From: Camelus dromedarius
Taxonomy: Eukaryota
Length of the DNA: 64,000 nucleotides
Reading direction: 5' to 3'
NCBI RefSeq assembly: GCF_036321535.1
Contig: NC_087437.1
Coordinates: 58,840,001 to 58,904,000, forward strand
The translations under genes and the position numbers were made by a program. The number at the start of each line of letters is the position of its first letter. Position 1 is the stretch's first letter. The notes beneath the pieces were generated by a model, which ran no database searches, was not told the DNA's origin, and saw nothing but the letters and a program-made list of their open reading frames with translations. Shown in pieces: positions 11,701 through 23,448 of this stretch.

Positions 11701-12831
11701 CTGCCTGCGGAGTGCAGAGCGTCCAGGCCCACATCCTCACCCACCAGTGTTCAAATAGGACCAGACAGGAGCTGGTGTCTCTGGGACAGACAGCCAGGAA
11801 ACTAAAACAGTATGCTCTGCCTATGACTCATCACAGGAACGTATAATTAATCACTTATAGAACCCACAAAGATGAGTCCGTCGTGGTCTTGCCCTAAGGG
11901 AACACAGGAGGCCGTGTCACTAACTCAAATAGGATTCAATCAGTGCCTGATACATGGGAGGTTCTGATTGATCGAGGAATTGATGTACTTTGTGTGCAAA
12001 GAAAGATAGACACCATGGGAGGCAGAGTCGGGAGCCCCCAAGCGGAGGAAGCTCAGAGAATGCCGTCCACATCCACCTCTCAGGTTATGTCAGTGGACAT
12101 CAGGGTTGGGAAATCAGGCGACTATCCCTCTTCTGACATTTTTGTTGAAAGACATCCTGGGCCAGTCACCATCTCACGAGGCACAAACAGCTGACACGGG
12201 GGCCCCAGTCGTGGCGGCTCCTCTGGAAAGAGCGGCCCCACACAGGACGCGCAGAGACTTCTCTGTTCCCGCGTGTTGCCGCGCCGCGCTGCCCGCAGTG
12301 CCTGCAGCCTTCCAGTGTTGCGTTTCATCTTGGCTTGAGCAGAATGTATTAATGGAGGGGAACATCTGGCAGAGTGGCATAACGAAATGGGAACCAGCTG
12401 CTCAGTCAAGCACCACCGAGAGCTGTTTATCCGTGGAATTAACCTTTTGTTCAACATTCGTTTGGTGGCGGGGCTGTGCTGTGTTTTTAAAATCACGTTT
12501 CTCCAGTTTCTTCTACAGGCCCCCAGTTTTTGCTGATTCAGCGCTTCGCACGCCTGGCAGAAGGCAGTTTGGGAACAGCTGGCAGCCACGGAGGCTTGAA
12601 AACCCTCCAGTGGGCAGTCGAATCTGGCTCCTCGTAGGTTGACGAAGCCACAGATGGGCCCAGGTGGGATCGTGGGAGAATCCAGGCAGGATTCTGCACA
12701 CTGAAACTGTGTGTAGACGGGGGCTGGGCACCCTCAACCTCCAGGCTCACTTTGAAACAGCTCAAGGTGTGAAAGGAGTGAATTGCCACTGAGAGGTCTG
12801 GAGCAGGCATGCCAAACACCAGGAGGTGCTC

Positions 12832-12913
12832 AGAGAGAAGAAGGGAAGGAAGGAAGGAAAGAAGGAAGATGTGAAGGAAGGAAGGAGGAAGGGAGGGAGG
12901 GAGGGAGGGATGG
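12832..12913. repeat. Purine-rich (GGAA)n/(GGGA)n low-complexity repeat
   Basis: Direct reading of the sequence. Confidence 0.9.
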
Positions 12914-14728
12914 ACACTTACCAGAGAGTATACACACCGAATCAGCACAGCTCACGTGATTCCTCCCTGCCGTCCGGTCTCCTGCATGGTGGTGACAGGA
13001 GCCCCTCCTAAGGGGCTCTGACATCAGGCAGGTTACCCGCCATGGCTCAGCTCCAAGAAGGATCAATGAATCGTCACATATCAGCCTTGTGGGTCATTCA
13101 ATACTAGACATGGCCCCCAAAGAGATTGTTTTGTTACTGTTGTTGTTTTGCCCAAGTTTACAAGGAAGTCCAAGACCTGAGACAGAGCCCAGAGAGCTTG
13201 CTCTGACTGCAGTAGAAGCAGGAGGCGGCCAGGAGCCCACTCCCTAGGACGTTTCTTCCATTTCCCCACCAACACCCTGCCCCGCCTCAGCTGGCCCATA
13301 AAAGGCACTGAGGCTGAAATCAGCTGATCCCTTCCAAAGCCCAAGTTGGCCGAAGGCGTAAGAAGAGGAATCGCCCTTCCAATGAGTGACAACGCTAGGA
13401 CCCGGACAGTGTCTCTGTCTCTCGGGTTGGGGCTTACCCTTACACCCAGACCAGGTGTGGGCCTGGGCAACCCCGTTTCCCGAATCTACAGGAGAGAAAT
13501 GGAGGTGTCTACAATTATAGGAGATGCAAAAGGAAGCAAACTTGAGGCTGAGGGTCCACCCCACCCTGGGCACACGTCTCCAGCTGGGGAATACGTGCTG
13601 CATGCGGCTAAAACATTGTAAAACCACCTCTAGCCCCAGATTCAGGCAAGCAGACTTGGTCTGGGTACCATATGTCTGGCATCTTAGGGATTTCATTTTA
13701 CATTGAAAATATAAACCTCAGAATAAGGGAAAAGCTGAATTCATTCAATGCTTATTCAGTGAAGGATGTACTTGTGACTTATTAATTTTTAAAAATAGAA
13801 AAGTAAAAGAGAACAAAAGCAAAACAGATCACATATTCTCCAAGCAACCTGTGGCCTGATGCCAGCATTAGACTGATCTTAAACAGGATAGCCTTGACCT
13901 CTTGAAAGATCTATTTCAGTAGAGAAATCAATGGGATAACATGATTCAATTTGAACAGATGAATAATGTGAACAAAAGAAGTTCCCTGGCTTTTAGAAAA
14001 CATGGCTTGAGAAGATTATCCAGACTTGCAATTTAATACCAGATGTTGGCATCTGGAGAGCCCCTGATTTGACAATCTGGCAGGAAATATGTAAGAAAAC
14101 ACAAATGGCAGTTAAAAGAAAAAAAGTTAAAGACAGGATTGCTGTAACGGCCCAGTGCAGCAGTCCTGGAATGTCAGAGAGCCAGGGTTTCTCACCCGTG
14201 AAGCTTGAACAGTGGCAAGTGCAGCCTGGGCCCAGGAAGGCTCCAGAAGGGTGAGAGTGAGGAAAGGGAAGGTCCTTTGCTGGGCGCAGTCAGCGGTAAG
14301 GGAAGCAGGCCAGGGGGTCTGGCTGGTCCCTGTGATGTGGCTGCAAGGCTGAGAGGAAACGGCCCTCCCAACCTGCTATTTCAGCAGCTGTGGTTGGGCC
14401 CAGCCTGACAGCGAGGGGCTGGCAGCCTCCACAGGAAGCTGGCTGGCCCAGCCATCAGCACAGCAGGAACAGACAGCTCTTTCCCAGGCTCTGGATTCCA
14501 GGAGACACCACTGCAAACTCATTCCAGCAGCCTCACAGTCCTCCTTGGCGCACACCCCCTCTTCTTAGCCAGATAGAGTGCTGATATTTTACCTTCCTGT
14601 CTGTGGCTAGAAATACATTTTAAAAAATGTTACACACAGGAAAATACTCAGATCTTAAGTGCTTGATCAGATTTGAGAAATGAATACACTCACGTGCCCC
14701 ATACACTGATCAAGACACACTGATTAGA

Positions 14729-14890
14729 GAAGGAGGGTGTAGCTCGGTGGTAGAGTGCGTGCTTAGTATGCATGAGGTCGTGGGTTCAATCCCCCGTACC
14801 TCCATTAAATAAACAGTAGTAATAATAAATAAGTAAATAAACCTAGTTACCTCCTTCCTCAGGAAAAAACTAAAAGAAAATTTAAAAAAA
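14729..14890 (+). mobile_element. tRNA-Ala-derived SINE, long form
   Basis: GGAGGGTGTAGCTCGGTGGTAGAGTGCGTGCTTAGTATGCATGAGGTCGTGGGTTCAATCCCCCGTACCTCC, then AT-rich tail containing AAACCTAGTTACCTCC; AAGACACA on both sides. Confidence 0.9.
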
Positions 14891-15383
14891 AGACACATCA
14901 GTCAAAGAACATTTTTATCCCCCCAGAAATGTCCCTCGCGCCCCTTCCTAGTCAATCCCCATGTGTATACAAACACATGACACGAAGCCACCAACCACTG
15001 GTCTGATTTCTGTCACCAGAGATGGGTGTTGCTATTCTAGAACTCCATACAAATGGAATCCTAGCACGTGTCCCCTTTTGGGTCTGGCTCCCTTGACTCA
15101 GTATGTTTTTGAAATCTCTGCATGTTGTTGCATGCATCTGTAGTTTATTCCTTTTTTCTTTCTCTCTGAGTAGTATTTTATTGAATGGATATACCACAAA
15201 CACCATAGTTTGTTGTTCATCCATTTACCTGTTAGACATTCGAGATGTATCCAGTTTTTAGCTGTGATGAATAAAAACTGCCATGAACATTCCTCTAGAA
15301 GTCACATATGAATTCATTCTTCTAGAGGAAATGCCTAGGAGTGGAATTGGTGGGCCATTAGGTAAATAGATGTTTAATTTTTT

Positions 15384-15568
15384 TAATTTTGTATTTTTTT
15401 TAATTGAAGCATAGTTCATTTGCAATGTGTTAGCTTCTGGTGTACAGCAAAGTGAATCAGTTATATGTACATATATTCTTTTTCATTATAGATTATTATA
15501 AGACACTGAATGTAATTCTCTGTGCTAAACACTAGGATCTTGTTGTTTTTCTATTTAATATATAGTAG
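15384..15568 (-). mobile_element. 5'-truncated L1 3'UTR tail
   Basis: T tract then AATTGAAGCATAGTTCATTTGCAATGTG...; TSD GATGTTTAATTTTTT (15369-15383) / GATGCTTAATTTTTT (15569-15583). Confidence 0.85.
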
Positions 15569-16342
15569 GATGCTTAATTTTTTAAGAAACTGCCAAACAG
15601 ATTTCCAAGGTGGCTGTTCAGAAGTTCACATTTAGAGCCTGCTTATCACAGCAGTCCCCATGCTTCAGGGTGTGTGTGCATGACCGCACCGTTGTGGGTG
15701 CAGTGGAGAGCATGCTGGCCGTGCTAACATCTGAAGCCTGTTTCTACTGAAGTGTTTCGAGTCTCAGTTTCCTTATCTGTTGAGTGAGGTGGCTGAATAC
15801 ATGATGCCCAAGGGTACTGTCCATTTCATTCTGACATAATGAATCTTCTATTTCACCAACTCTCTAGGAAAGCAAGACCAAAAAATGCATTAGCTATTAT
15901 TCTCTTTAAAAGCCAATATCTGATTTGTAACCTACAAATGGAGTGTCCAGTTTGATCATCTCACAATTTCAGGCTCTGAGTCACTTAGGATACTTCTAAC
16001 TGCAAGGAACAGAAACCCCCATTCAAACTGGCTTAACTAATAAAGAGGAGTTCTTGGCTCATGGATCTGATACAGGCCCGGAGGTGGAGGTCAGGGATGA
16101 GGCTGGAGGGACCAGGGATCCCACTCCCCTTCTGTGTGGTTCCCTGGTCTTTGCCCTCCTTTCTATGAGAGCTTCATCCTTAGTTTGGTGCCAAGACGAC
16201 ATCAGTTTCAGGCCTCAGTTCTGCATACAACAGAAGAGAAATTATCCTTTCCAGTAGCTCTTTTTTAAAAATGAGGAAACTCCCTTCCCAGAAGTTTCTA
16301 GAAAACTTCCTCTTACGTGTCTCATTGGCCTGCACTCAATTA

Positions 16343-16873
16343 CAGGTAGATCTTGTCTATTACACTTCGCTTTATTGCACATCGCAGATACTGGTCTTCT
16401 TCTTCTTCTTCTTCTTCTTCTTCTTCTTCTTCTTCTTCTTCTTCTTCTTCTTCTTCTCCTTCTCCTTCTCCTTCTCCTTCTCCTTCTCCTTCTCCTTCTC
16501 CTTCTCCTTCTCCTTCTCCTTCTCCTTCTCCTTCTCCTTCTCCTTCTCCTTCTCCTTCTCCTTCTCCTTCTCCTTCTCCTTCTCCTCCTTCTTCTCCTCC
16601 TTCTTCTCTTTCTTCTTCTTCTTCTTCTTCTTCTTCTTTTACAAACTGAAGATTTTGTGGCAACCCTGCACTGTCAGGTGATGGTGAGCATTTCTTATAA
16701 GTAAGGTATTTTAAAATTAAAGTAGGTACAGTGTTTTTTTAGACCTAGTATCATGTAAACTTGACTTTTATATGGATTGAGAAATCAAAAATGTGCGTGA
16801 GTTGCTTTACTGCAATATTCACTTTATTGCAGTGATCTGGAACCAAACCTGCAATATCTCTGAGGATTGCCTG
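16343..16873 (+). mobile_element. Internally deleted Tigger1-type (TcMar) DNA transposon
   Basis: CAGG...CTTCGCTTTATTGCACATCGCAGATACTG...TTTTACAAACTGAAGATTTTGTGGCAACCCTGC and CTTTATTGCAGTGATCTGGAACCAAACCTGCAATATCTCTGAGGATTGCCTG match recalled Tigger1 ends; TA on both sides (16341-16342, 16874-16875). Confidence 0.88.
16395..16640. repeat. Compound microsatellite (CTT)20-(CTCCTT)21-degenerate-(CTT)n; 246-nt pure pyrimidine tract
   Basis: Counted directly: CTT units 16396-16455, CTCCTT units 16456-16581. Confidence 0.97.
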
Positions 16874-17195
16874 TACATGCCTCTTCTTGACTAATCTCTG
16901 AGCAGGATAATGCCGTAAGATTATTGGTGGCCTGCATTCCTGGGCCAGTTAATGATCCATTAGACTTATCAGCCTTACTAATAAAATGGGCATGAAGCCA
17001 GTTTCCACTATAGCATGAGACTGTGTGGTGATGGAATAAGCACCCCAAAAAAGAAGTGGGGGGAATGGATATTTAGTAGGCACCCAGTGTCCACATAAAG
17101 CCCTTCTTCACCAGTATAGAAATGTACCATGTGGCCCTTAGCAGGGGCTAATGGAATCTTAAGGTAATCAGAAGAATCAGGGGCCATTTTGCAAG

Positions 17196-17669
17196 TGTGG
17201 TGGATTAAACATGGTCACAAGTACTTTGCAGCTCCTCCTATCAAATGATGGAGTCTATTTTCCCATCTCTTAAACCTGGTCTTGTTTTGGGTAAAAAGGA
17301 TGTGGCAGAAGCAGTATTGTCTGTACTCTACAGCCTGGATTTGCATCTGCTCCCATTCTCAGGAACACTCCCAACACCACAGAAGGAAACCTTGATGAGA
17401 CTATTGAATGATAAGAGACACAGAGCAAGGAGGCCCAACTGACATCCAGCACGGAGGCGCACGCCATGCGAGTGAGCCATCTTAGATCCTCCAATTCCAG
17501 CCAAGCTGTCAAAGGACTGCAGTCACATGGGTGAGTCAGGGCAAGAGTGGCAGAAGGACTGCCCAGCTGAGCTCAGCCAACCAAGAGAATCATGAGAAAT
17601 CATAAATCATTATTGTTTAAGCCACTAAGTTTGGGATGTTTTATTGTACAGCAATAGGGAACTGAATCA
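17196..17669 (+). mobile_element. Solo MaLR LTR (MLT1G/H-like), near full length
   Basis: TG...CA ends; TGTGGTGGATTAAACATGG start and GTTTAAGCCACTAAGTTTGGG...CAGCAATAGGGAACTGAATCA end; 5-bp TSD-like GCAAG / GGAAG. Confidence 0.88.
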
Positions 17670-20139
17670 GGAAGTGCCCTTAAAACTCTTCCAATCTCTC
17701 CAGTGGTTGATGGTGGTCCATGGAGCCTGTTGGATACACTTACTACTTGCTGAGGTACCAGGAAGCCCCCTCTATTTTTTGAGAGCTCTACTAGGAAGTT
17801 TTCCTACCGTGAGGTCAACTCAGCCTCTGGACACCTGCTACTCTCAGTTCTGGCTACCCCCACTCACTGGGGTCCTGGAGAACAAGTTCAACCTCTCAGC
17901 TACCCAGAAGCACTCCAGCTATCTAGTGACTCTCATCTATCCACAAAAATGTGCCCTTCTCCAGGCTACACAATCCTAGTCATCAACCCTTTTTGTATTG
18001 CTGATGGAGCCCAGAGGGCCAGACCAGTGAGAAGACTGTTGCAATGATTAAATGATACCATGATGGTATCCTGAACCCCTGGGGCCATGGCCAGAGCATC
18101 CCCAGGCTGGGGCTGGCCAGACCTGGGGAAGCACCAACCAATCTGGTCACTGTAAGGGTGGGTTTCTGGAGAAGACAGTTGGCTGGGCTATGGGGGGGCC
18201 AAGTGGTGCCCGAAGGAGAGGGAGGCAGAGTATCTGAGTGGGGAGGGCTATAGGCCTAGGGGTGGGTTCTGTTGGGGGAGTGGAGTGGGGGTAGGGGCTG
18301 GCAGGGAGAGAATGGAAGGTATTTGATCAAAATTCAGATCAGCAGGGAGTGTGCAAAGCAGAAGAAATAAGCAGTCAAGAGCACCCAGAGTTTGGTCTTG
18401 GTTTAAGAGAAATGAAGCCAGCAAGTAGGGCAGAGCTAGTGTTCACCGACTGTCGCATGACAGTCCATTGTAGGTTAGCTGGAAGGAAAGGCCTGGGCCC
18501 AGCAAACAGACACCACCGAGAATTCTGTGCCCTGGAAAAGCTGGTCTAGGGGCAGGGCAAGAGAGGTCACCTGCTTTACAATATCCTCAGGCTGGCCTTC
18601 ACCACCCCACCCCTCTCCCTGCTACCTTGTCAAGGGAGTCTCAGGCCTCTGGTAAGCATACCTCCAGTCTCCTAGCAGAGAAGGAACCCATGGCTGGAGG
18701 CCCTCAGTTGCCTTGGGACAGAACCATGTTTCTTTCTGCTCTTTATGGGGTGGAATGTTCGAGCACAGGGCTTTTCGGAGGCCTCAATAAATATTTGTCA
18801 TGAGAACTTCGCTGCAGTCAAACAGAAACTGCACGTAAACGCTCCTGGGTGAGATGACTTCAAGCTGCTCAGTGACCTCAGGCAGCCAGCCTCCCAGCCC
18901 CACCTCTGTGGGCCTCAGCACCTGAGGGGGTATGCAGAGGACCCCCCTCTTTGGACTGGCACGTGGATGGAGGCTCTGTTGAGGACACAGTGTGTGGTAG
19001 GTGGAGGCAACGGAAGGTGTGTTCAAAACCTGACACCCTGCCCTCTGAGGCCCGGCTTCATGGTAGTGGCGGGGGAAGGGGGTCCCTCAAAGCCCCCAGG
19101 CCTGGCCCCAGGCTCAGAATCCCAGAAAGCAGGTGGCTATAGAGAAGGAAGGTGAATCCTGCTGTTCTGTGGGGAGACCAGTGCCTTCGTCAGGGCACAG
19201 GGAGCTCTACCAGGAGGCTGCACGGGAAACACATCCACGTGAGGAACAATGGTTCCCAGCTGGCTCTGCGGAAGGCAGAGAAGACCAGCCAGACAGGAGC
19301 AGTCTGGATCCTAGGACCGACTCCCACCCACCTTACCCCCTTCAGCCTTTTTCATAAAAATGTTATGCTGGAACTTTCCTTGGTTAGTCAGTCATGATAT
19401 TACAAGCTCTTGCACAAAACTCCTCCCTCCACCCTCTTGGTGGTGTATGTTTCCTGAGATTTTACAGTTTTTCCCCCACACCCCTGGATCTGGAACTGAA
19501 AAACTAAATGAGCAAGTGATTACAGACTTATTCCCCCACCCTCACCTTCCTTCAGAAAATATATCAAGAGGTCATTGTGCATCTTTCTTGGAAATTACAT
19601 GAATATACTTAGCTTAAAGTTTAGTGAGGTGATAAGGGTTAGAAGAGACACGTCCAGGAGCTCTCAGGTCTGTGTGTGCCAAGGGTGGTTGAGGGTCTCA
19701 GTGCAGTCACTGTCACCACCGTTTGCCTCAAAATGTGAAGATGCTTTTAATAGAGACAGAGGGAACTAAAGGCAGCTTTTCACCTAGGAAGAAGCTATTA
19801 TTTTTTAAGCTAATCCTAAAAAGTCAGGTCATCCCACAACAAGCCAGGGAAAAGAAAAGGATTTAGTAGAAGTTATACCATCAGAATGTGGAATCATCAA
19901 ATCTAAAGATAGTTTTTGGCAGTAATTAAGAAAAAAAAAATATCCTCTAGGGAACCAAAAATCTTTAAGCTAAAGGAACTGAGCCCTGGAGTGCATAAGC
20001 GATTGATTTAAAATCAAAGGCATTTCATTTCTTTGCTTTTCAAACCACAGAATCACAAGGCATCCAATCAGGGGACACAAAAACCCGATTCATTTGTTTC
20101 AGGCAGAGAAAGGCCTGAGCATTATCCCAGCCCCAGGAC

Positions 20140-20470
20140 TGCAGGGCAGACGTGAGACTGGCAGCGTCTAACTGTCTAACCGCTTCCACGTCAGCCCCAC
20201 CAAGTGTTGCAGCGCGATAAGGGTTAAATCAGACAAGTCCCGGGGCCCTCCCATCTGATCTGCGATCTGCGCGTGCGCTGCAGAGATGCCTGCGACCCTC
20301 CGGAGAGAAAAGCGCTTCGGACGCGATCCTTCTCTTATCTTGATGGCAGGGGTATTCGTTGCCCTTTGTGTAACCCCCAAAGCCTCGAGTCTGACAGAGA
20401 AGTTTGCAAAGACTGTCTCCAGGCTGTAGCCGTTGCAATTAGGCTGTTTGATAAACAGATAAACTTGGAG
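20140..20470. promoter_or_regulatory. Candidate regulatory element: small CpG-rich island with a GATA cluster
   Basis: About 20 CpGs in ~290 bp by hand count; GATA sites at 20215-20220, 20335-20340, 20449-20454 and 20457-20462; CACGTCA at 20187-20193. Confidence 0.45.
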
Positions 20471-21664
20471 CTGGAAGGGACTTTAGAGTTTGCCCAACTC
20501 AGCCCTCCAGCCTTTTTCTTTCTTTCTTTTTTTCCTTTTTTTTTTTTTTCCAAACAGAGGAGGAAGTTGCAGCTCTGAGAGGAGGCAAGAATAACCCAAG
20601 GACACACAGTGACTTATGGGAGCTATAGGAGCCAGGATGAGAACACAAGCTCCACCGTTGCCTTGCTTAGCTTCTCCTGGGAAGGCTGGCGGCAGGAAAA
20701 GTCCCCAGAGCATTCCTTCTGTCCCCGCGCATACACTTTCTCCCTCCACCAGCTCTCGGTGCCATCGCCTTCCTTGCTGTTGCTAGGAAAACTAGAAGCA
20801 TGAAATATATTGTTGCTTTTGCAGAGGAATCCATCCCGTCTTGGCCATTGAAGACATTTCCATTACAACCTGAAGTTAAAAAAATAAAAAAGTTTCCTGA
20901 GCAGCACCCCCTGTATAAGAATGACCAGGGACTCCTGCTAAACTCCTGTTCCCTGGGCCCCATATCAGGCAGGAGGGGAACCTCACTTTCAACAAGCACT
21001 TCTGGTGATTTTTCTCATCAAGCAAGTCTGGGAAGCCGTCCCTGAACAGACGAGGTAGCCTCCCTCCAAGGCATCTCATTGTCAGACCTCAACCAGCCTT
21101 CTCAGCCTGATTTCCCGGGTTTCTGCCCATCACATTCCTATGCTTCAGCCTCACTGAGCTTTTTGTCATTTAATAAAATTGCACTTGTGGCCGTGAGACC
21201 TACTGTTTACCGGTTGCCTCTAAAGCACCACACGAGCGCCATGTTGTTGCTAATGACAATAACGTCCCCATTTGACAGCAGGGACTCCGAGGGATGGAAG
21301 GTGAGAAATCGTCTAAGGGCACAGAGCCCAAAGCCCTCACTCCCAGTCATTTCACGGCACTGTTCTTGCACAGCCTTTGTTTTTCTCACGTGTGTCTTTG
21401 TTGACACCATTTCCCCTATAAAACCGACATTGCCTCTGCCCACTGTCTCTGCTTGGTGATGTCTGGCTCAATCTTCCCAGCTTGCACCGCCTTCCCACAC
21501 TTCTTTCCAGCTTTCCGGGTGCTTCTGCCTTGGTGCTTCGTATTGGAGGTGATCGTGGCACCTTCCCCACTGGCACCTGCCCCAGGCAGCACCTGGGTGA
21601 CTGCAGGAGATTCCTCTCTGGTCTCCACCCTCACTCCACACAGCAACAGAGTGACAGTCTAAGT

Positions 21665-21960
21665 AAGTGTCAGGTCACGTCATGTCAGTGTTCATTAGCT
21701 CCCCATCTCCCTGAGACTCAACCCCCTGACCATGGCCTTCTCTCAGTCTCTGACCTCATGCTTACTTCTCCCCACCCGCTCACTCTGCTCGAGCACACCG
21801 GCCCTCTGCTGTTCCTACAAGAAGCCATGCGCTTTCTTGTCTCAAGAGTTGCTGTCCCCTCTTCGGAGAAAACCCAGAGACCCAGGTGACTCACTCTCTT
21901 ACTTCCTTATGTCTCTGCTCAGATTTCGCTTTATCACAGAGGCCTTCTCTAACCACCCAT
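21665..21960 (+). mobile_element. L2 LINE fragment
   Basis: CTCACTCTGCTCGAGCACACCGGCCCTCTGCTGTTCCT...TCTCTGCTCAGATTTCGCTTTATCACAGAGGCCTTCTCTAACCACCC. Confidence 0.75.
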
Positions 21961-22332
21961 GACAAGAAGGGAACTCCTTTGGGCTTGTATCAATGGGGAT
22001 GGCGAGGCCCAAAGAGGGAAGTTCATTATCCCAGGTCACACATGAACCAGTGACCTTCCAGACTGCAACCTGGCTCTGTTGGCTTCTCATCAGCCCCTGC
22101 GCCGCTGATCTCTGTGACCAGGAGGTCCCAACATCCATTCTGCTTCCTACATGGGTTTGTCCAGTTTCTGCCACACATGGCCGTGTGATCTCAGGCAGAG
22201 AGCTTCATGTGAAAGCCTTCATTTCCTGAAACCTAGTGGAGGGAGACAGAGGGAAGCAAGGAGCATGGATGTGATTGGCTCCTGAATTAAATCATCTTTG
22301 AAGAATTAAGTTCTGCTGCCTGAAACTTGTGC

Positions 22333-23448
22333 CCTATGCAGATCCAAGCTATATAGGGGCTGAACCAAATAGGACTTTGAGGGCCTTTTGTGAGTAAAAG
22401 AATATAAAAAATCACAAGTAAAAAATTAGATACAAACATGAATGTTTATTTAGAAAGCTGGTAAGTACTGGAAATATTCAAAATCCTAAAGACAACTTTA
22501 TATTTGGGATGATTAACTGCTTATCATGTATATAATTATGTATCTGTATTTTTTAACCTATGCTTTTAAAGTTTTTTTGATTGCCTCTTAATAGGACAGT
22601 GGTTTTGCTGTAACATGACGCTCAGTGGAGACAACTGGGCGACAGCGGGCTCTTTAGTGTGGTTGACTGGAGTTTGTTTCTTTATTATCGAAAATTGTGA
22701 AGCACAAAGCTCACAATTTCTCACGAGATATACTTGCTTTTTGTAGCTCTCCTACAGGTCTGAGTCTATAGACACAGAATTGTGATCAATTGTACTTCAC
22801 ACAGTTTTCATTCTAAAAGAAAAAATACATGATGAATACACTTATCATTATAAGTAATGCCTTGTTAAGTACAGTCCGGACAGGAGGGAACTTTGCTTTT
22901 ACCGGGCATCTTTGAAATGGAATCCTCATTTACAATTGTATACATGTGATGATTAGAAGACCTACTTTTAGCTCCGCCCTGTGAACCTTGCTTCTCCTCC
23001 ATTACCCATAGGCCTCCGAGGTTTAGCTGAATCCTGGATGGGACCTTTGGTCCCCTCTCTGTGTCATGACAGCAGGTGCCTTAGCAAAGCGGAGGTAGCA
23101 TTCCTGGAAGTCAACCCTACTTCAATGTCTAGCAATAACTTTTTTATACACAGGAGAGACAGCAAACAGTATCAATAGACCCTGCGAAGCCCAAACTACA
23201 GCACCCTCAATTCAGGTCCTCTTAGCTGGAGGGCACAGCTGCTCAGGGGCCACTTTAACATCGCTTGGCAGCCCTGCGGGGTGCCATGGGAGGGAGGTCA
23301 GAGTGGAAATGGCAATCTTAGCCAATTGTGGTTAAAATATCTGATTTTTGCAAATTTCATGAAGACCGATGGCAGTGAGAACACCTTGGAAGGGCCTGTG
23401 CTGATGAGAAGCTTAAACTGCGTTAACCTCCCTGTGAATTCACCCCTG
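22333..23448. mobile_element. hAT-Tip100-type DNA transposon fossil (Zaphod/MER115-like)
   Basis: Left end GCAGATCCAAGC...GGGCC...AAAAGAATATAAAAAATCACAAGTAAAAAATTAGATACAAACATGAATGTTTATTTAG and right end CCTTGGAAGGGCCTGTGC...GAAGCTTAA...GTGAATTCACCCCTG resemble recalled termini; subfamily uncertain. Confidence 0.6.

Larger units (their letters stand above)
14610..15620 (-). mobile_element. Old L1M 3' end hosting two younger insertions
   Basis: CAACCACTGGTCTGATTTCTGTCACC...CTAGAACTCCATACAAATGGAATC...TGAATGGATATACCAC...AAGAAACTGCCAAACAG is antisense old L1 3' end. Confidence 0.85.
15985..17095 (-). mobile_element. Old MaLR LTR (MLT1) split by a Tigger1 derivative
   Basis: CTGCAAGGAACAGAAACCCCCATTCAAACTGGCTTAA start; TCTCATTGGCC before and CATGCC...AATCTCTG after the Tigger; ends near GGAATGGATATTTAGTAGGCA...CCACA. 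Confidence 0.7.

Noticed and set aside
12106..12642. 178-aa ORF and the overlapping antisense 155-aa ORF
   Set aside because: The 178-aa ORF has a non-ATG start, and neither shows a recognisable domain or exon structure; ORFs of this length are expected in GC-rich DNA
16271..16704. Poly-F/S, poly-E/G, poly-S/P and poly-L ORFs
   Set aside because: These are translation artefacts of the (CTT)n/(CTCCTT)n microsatellite
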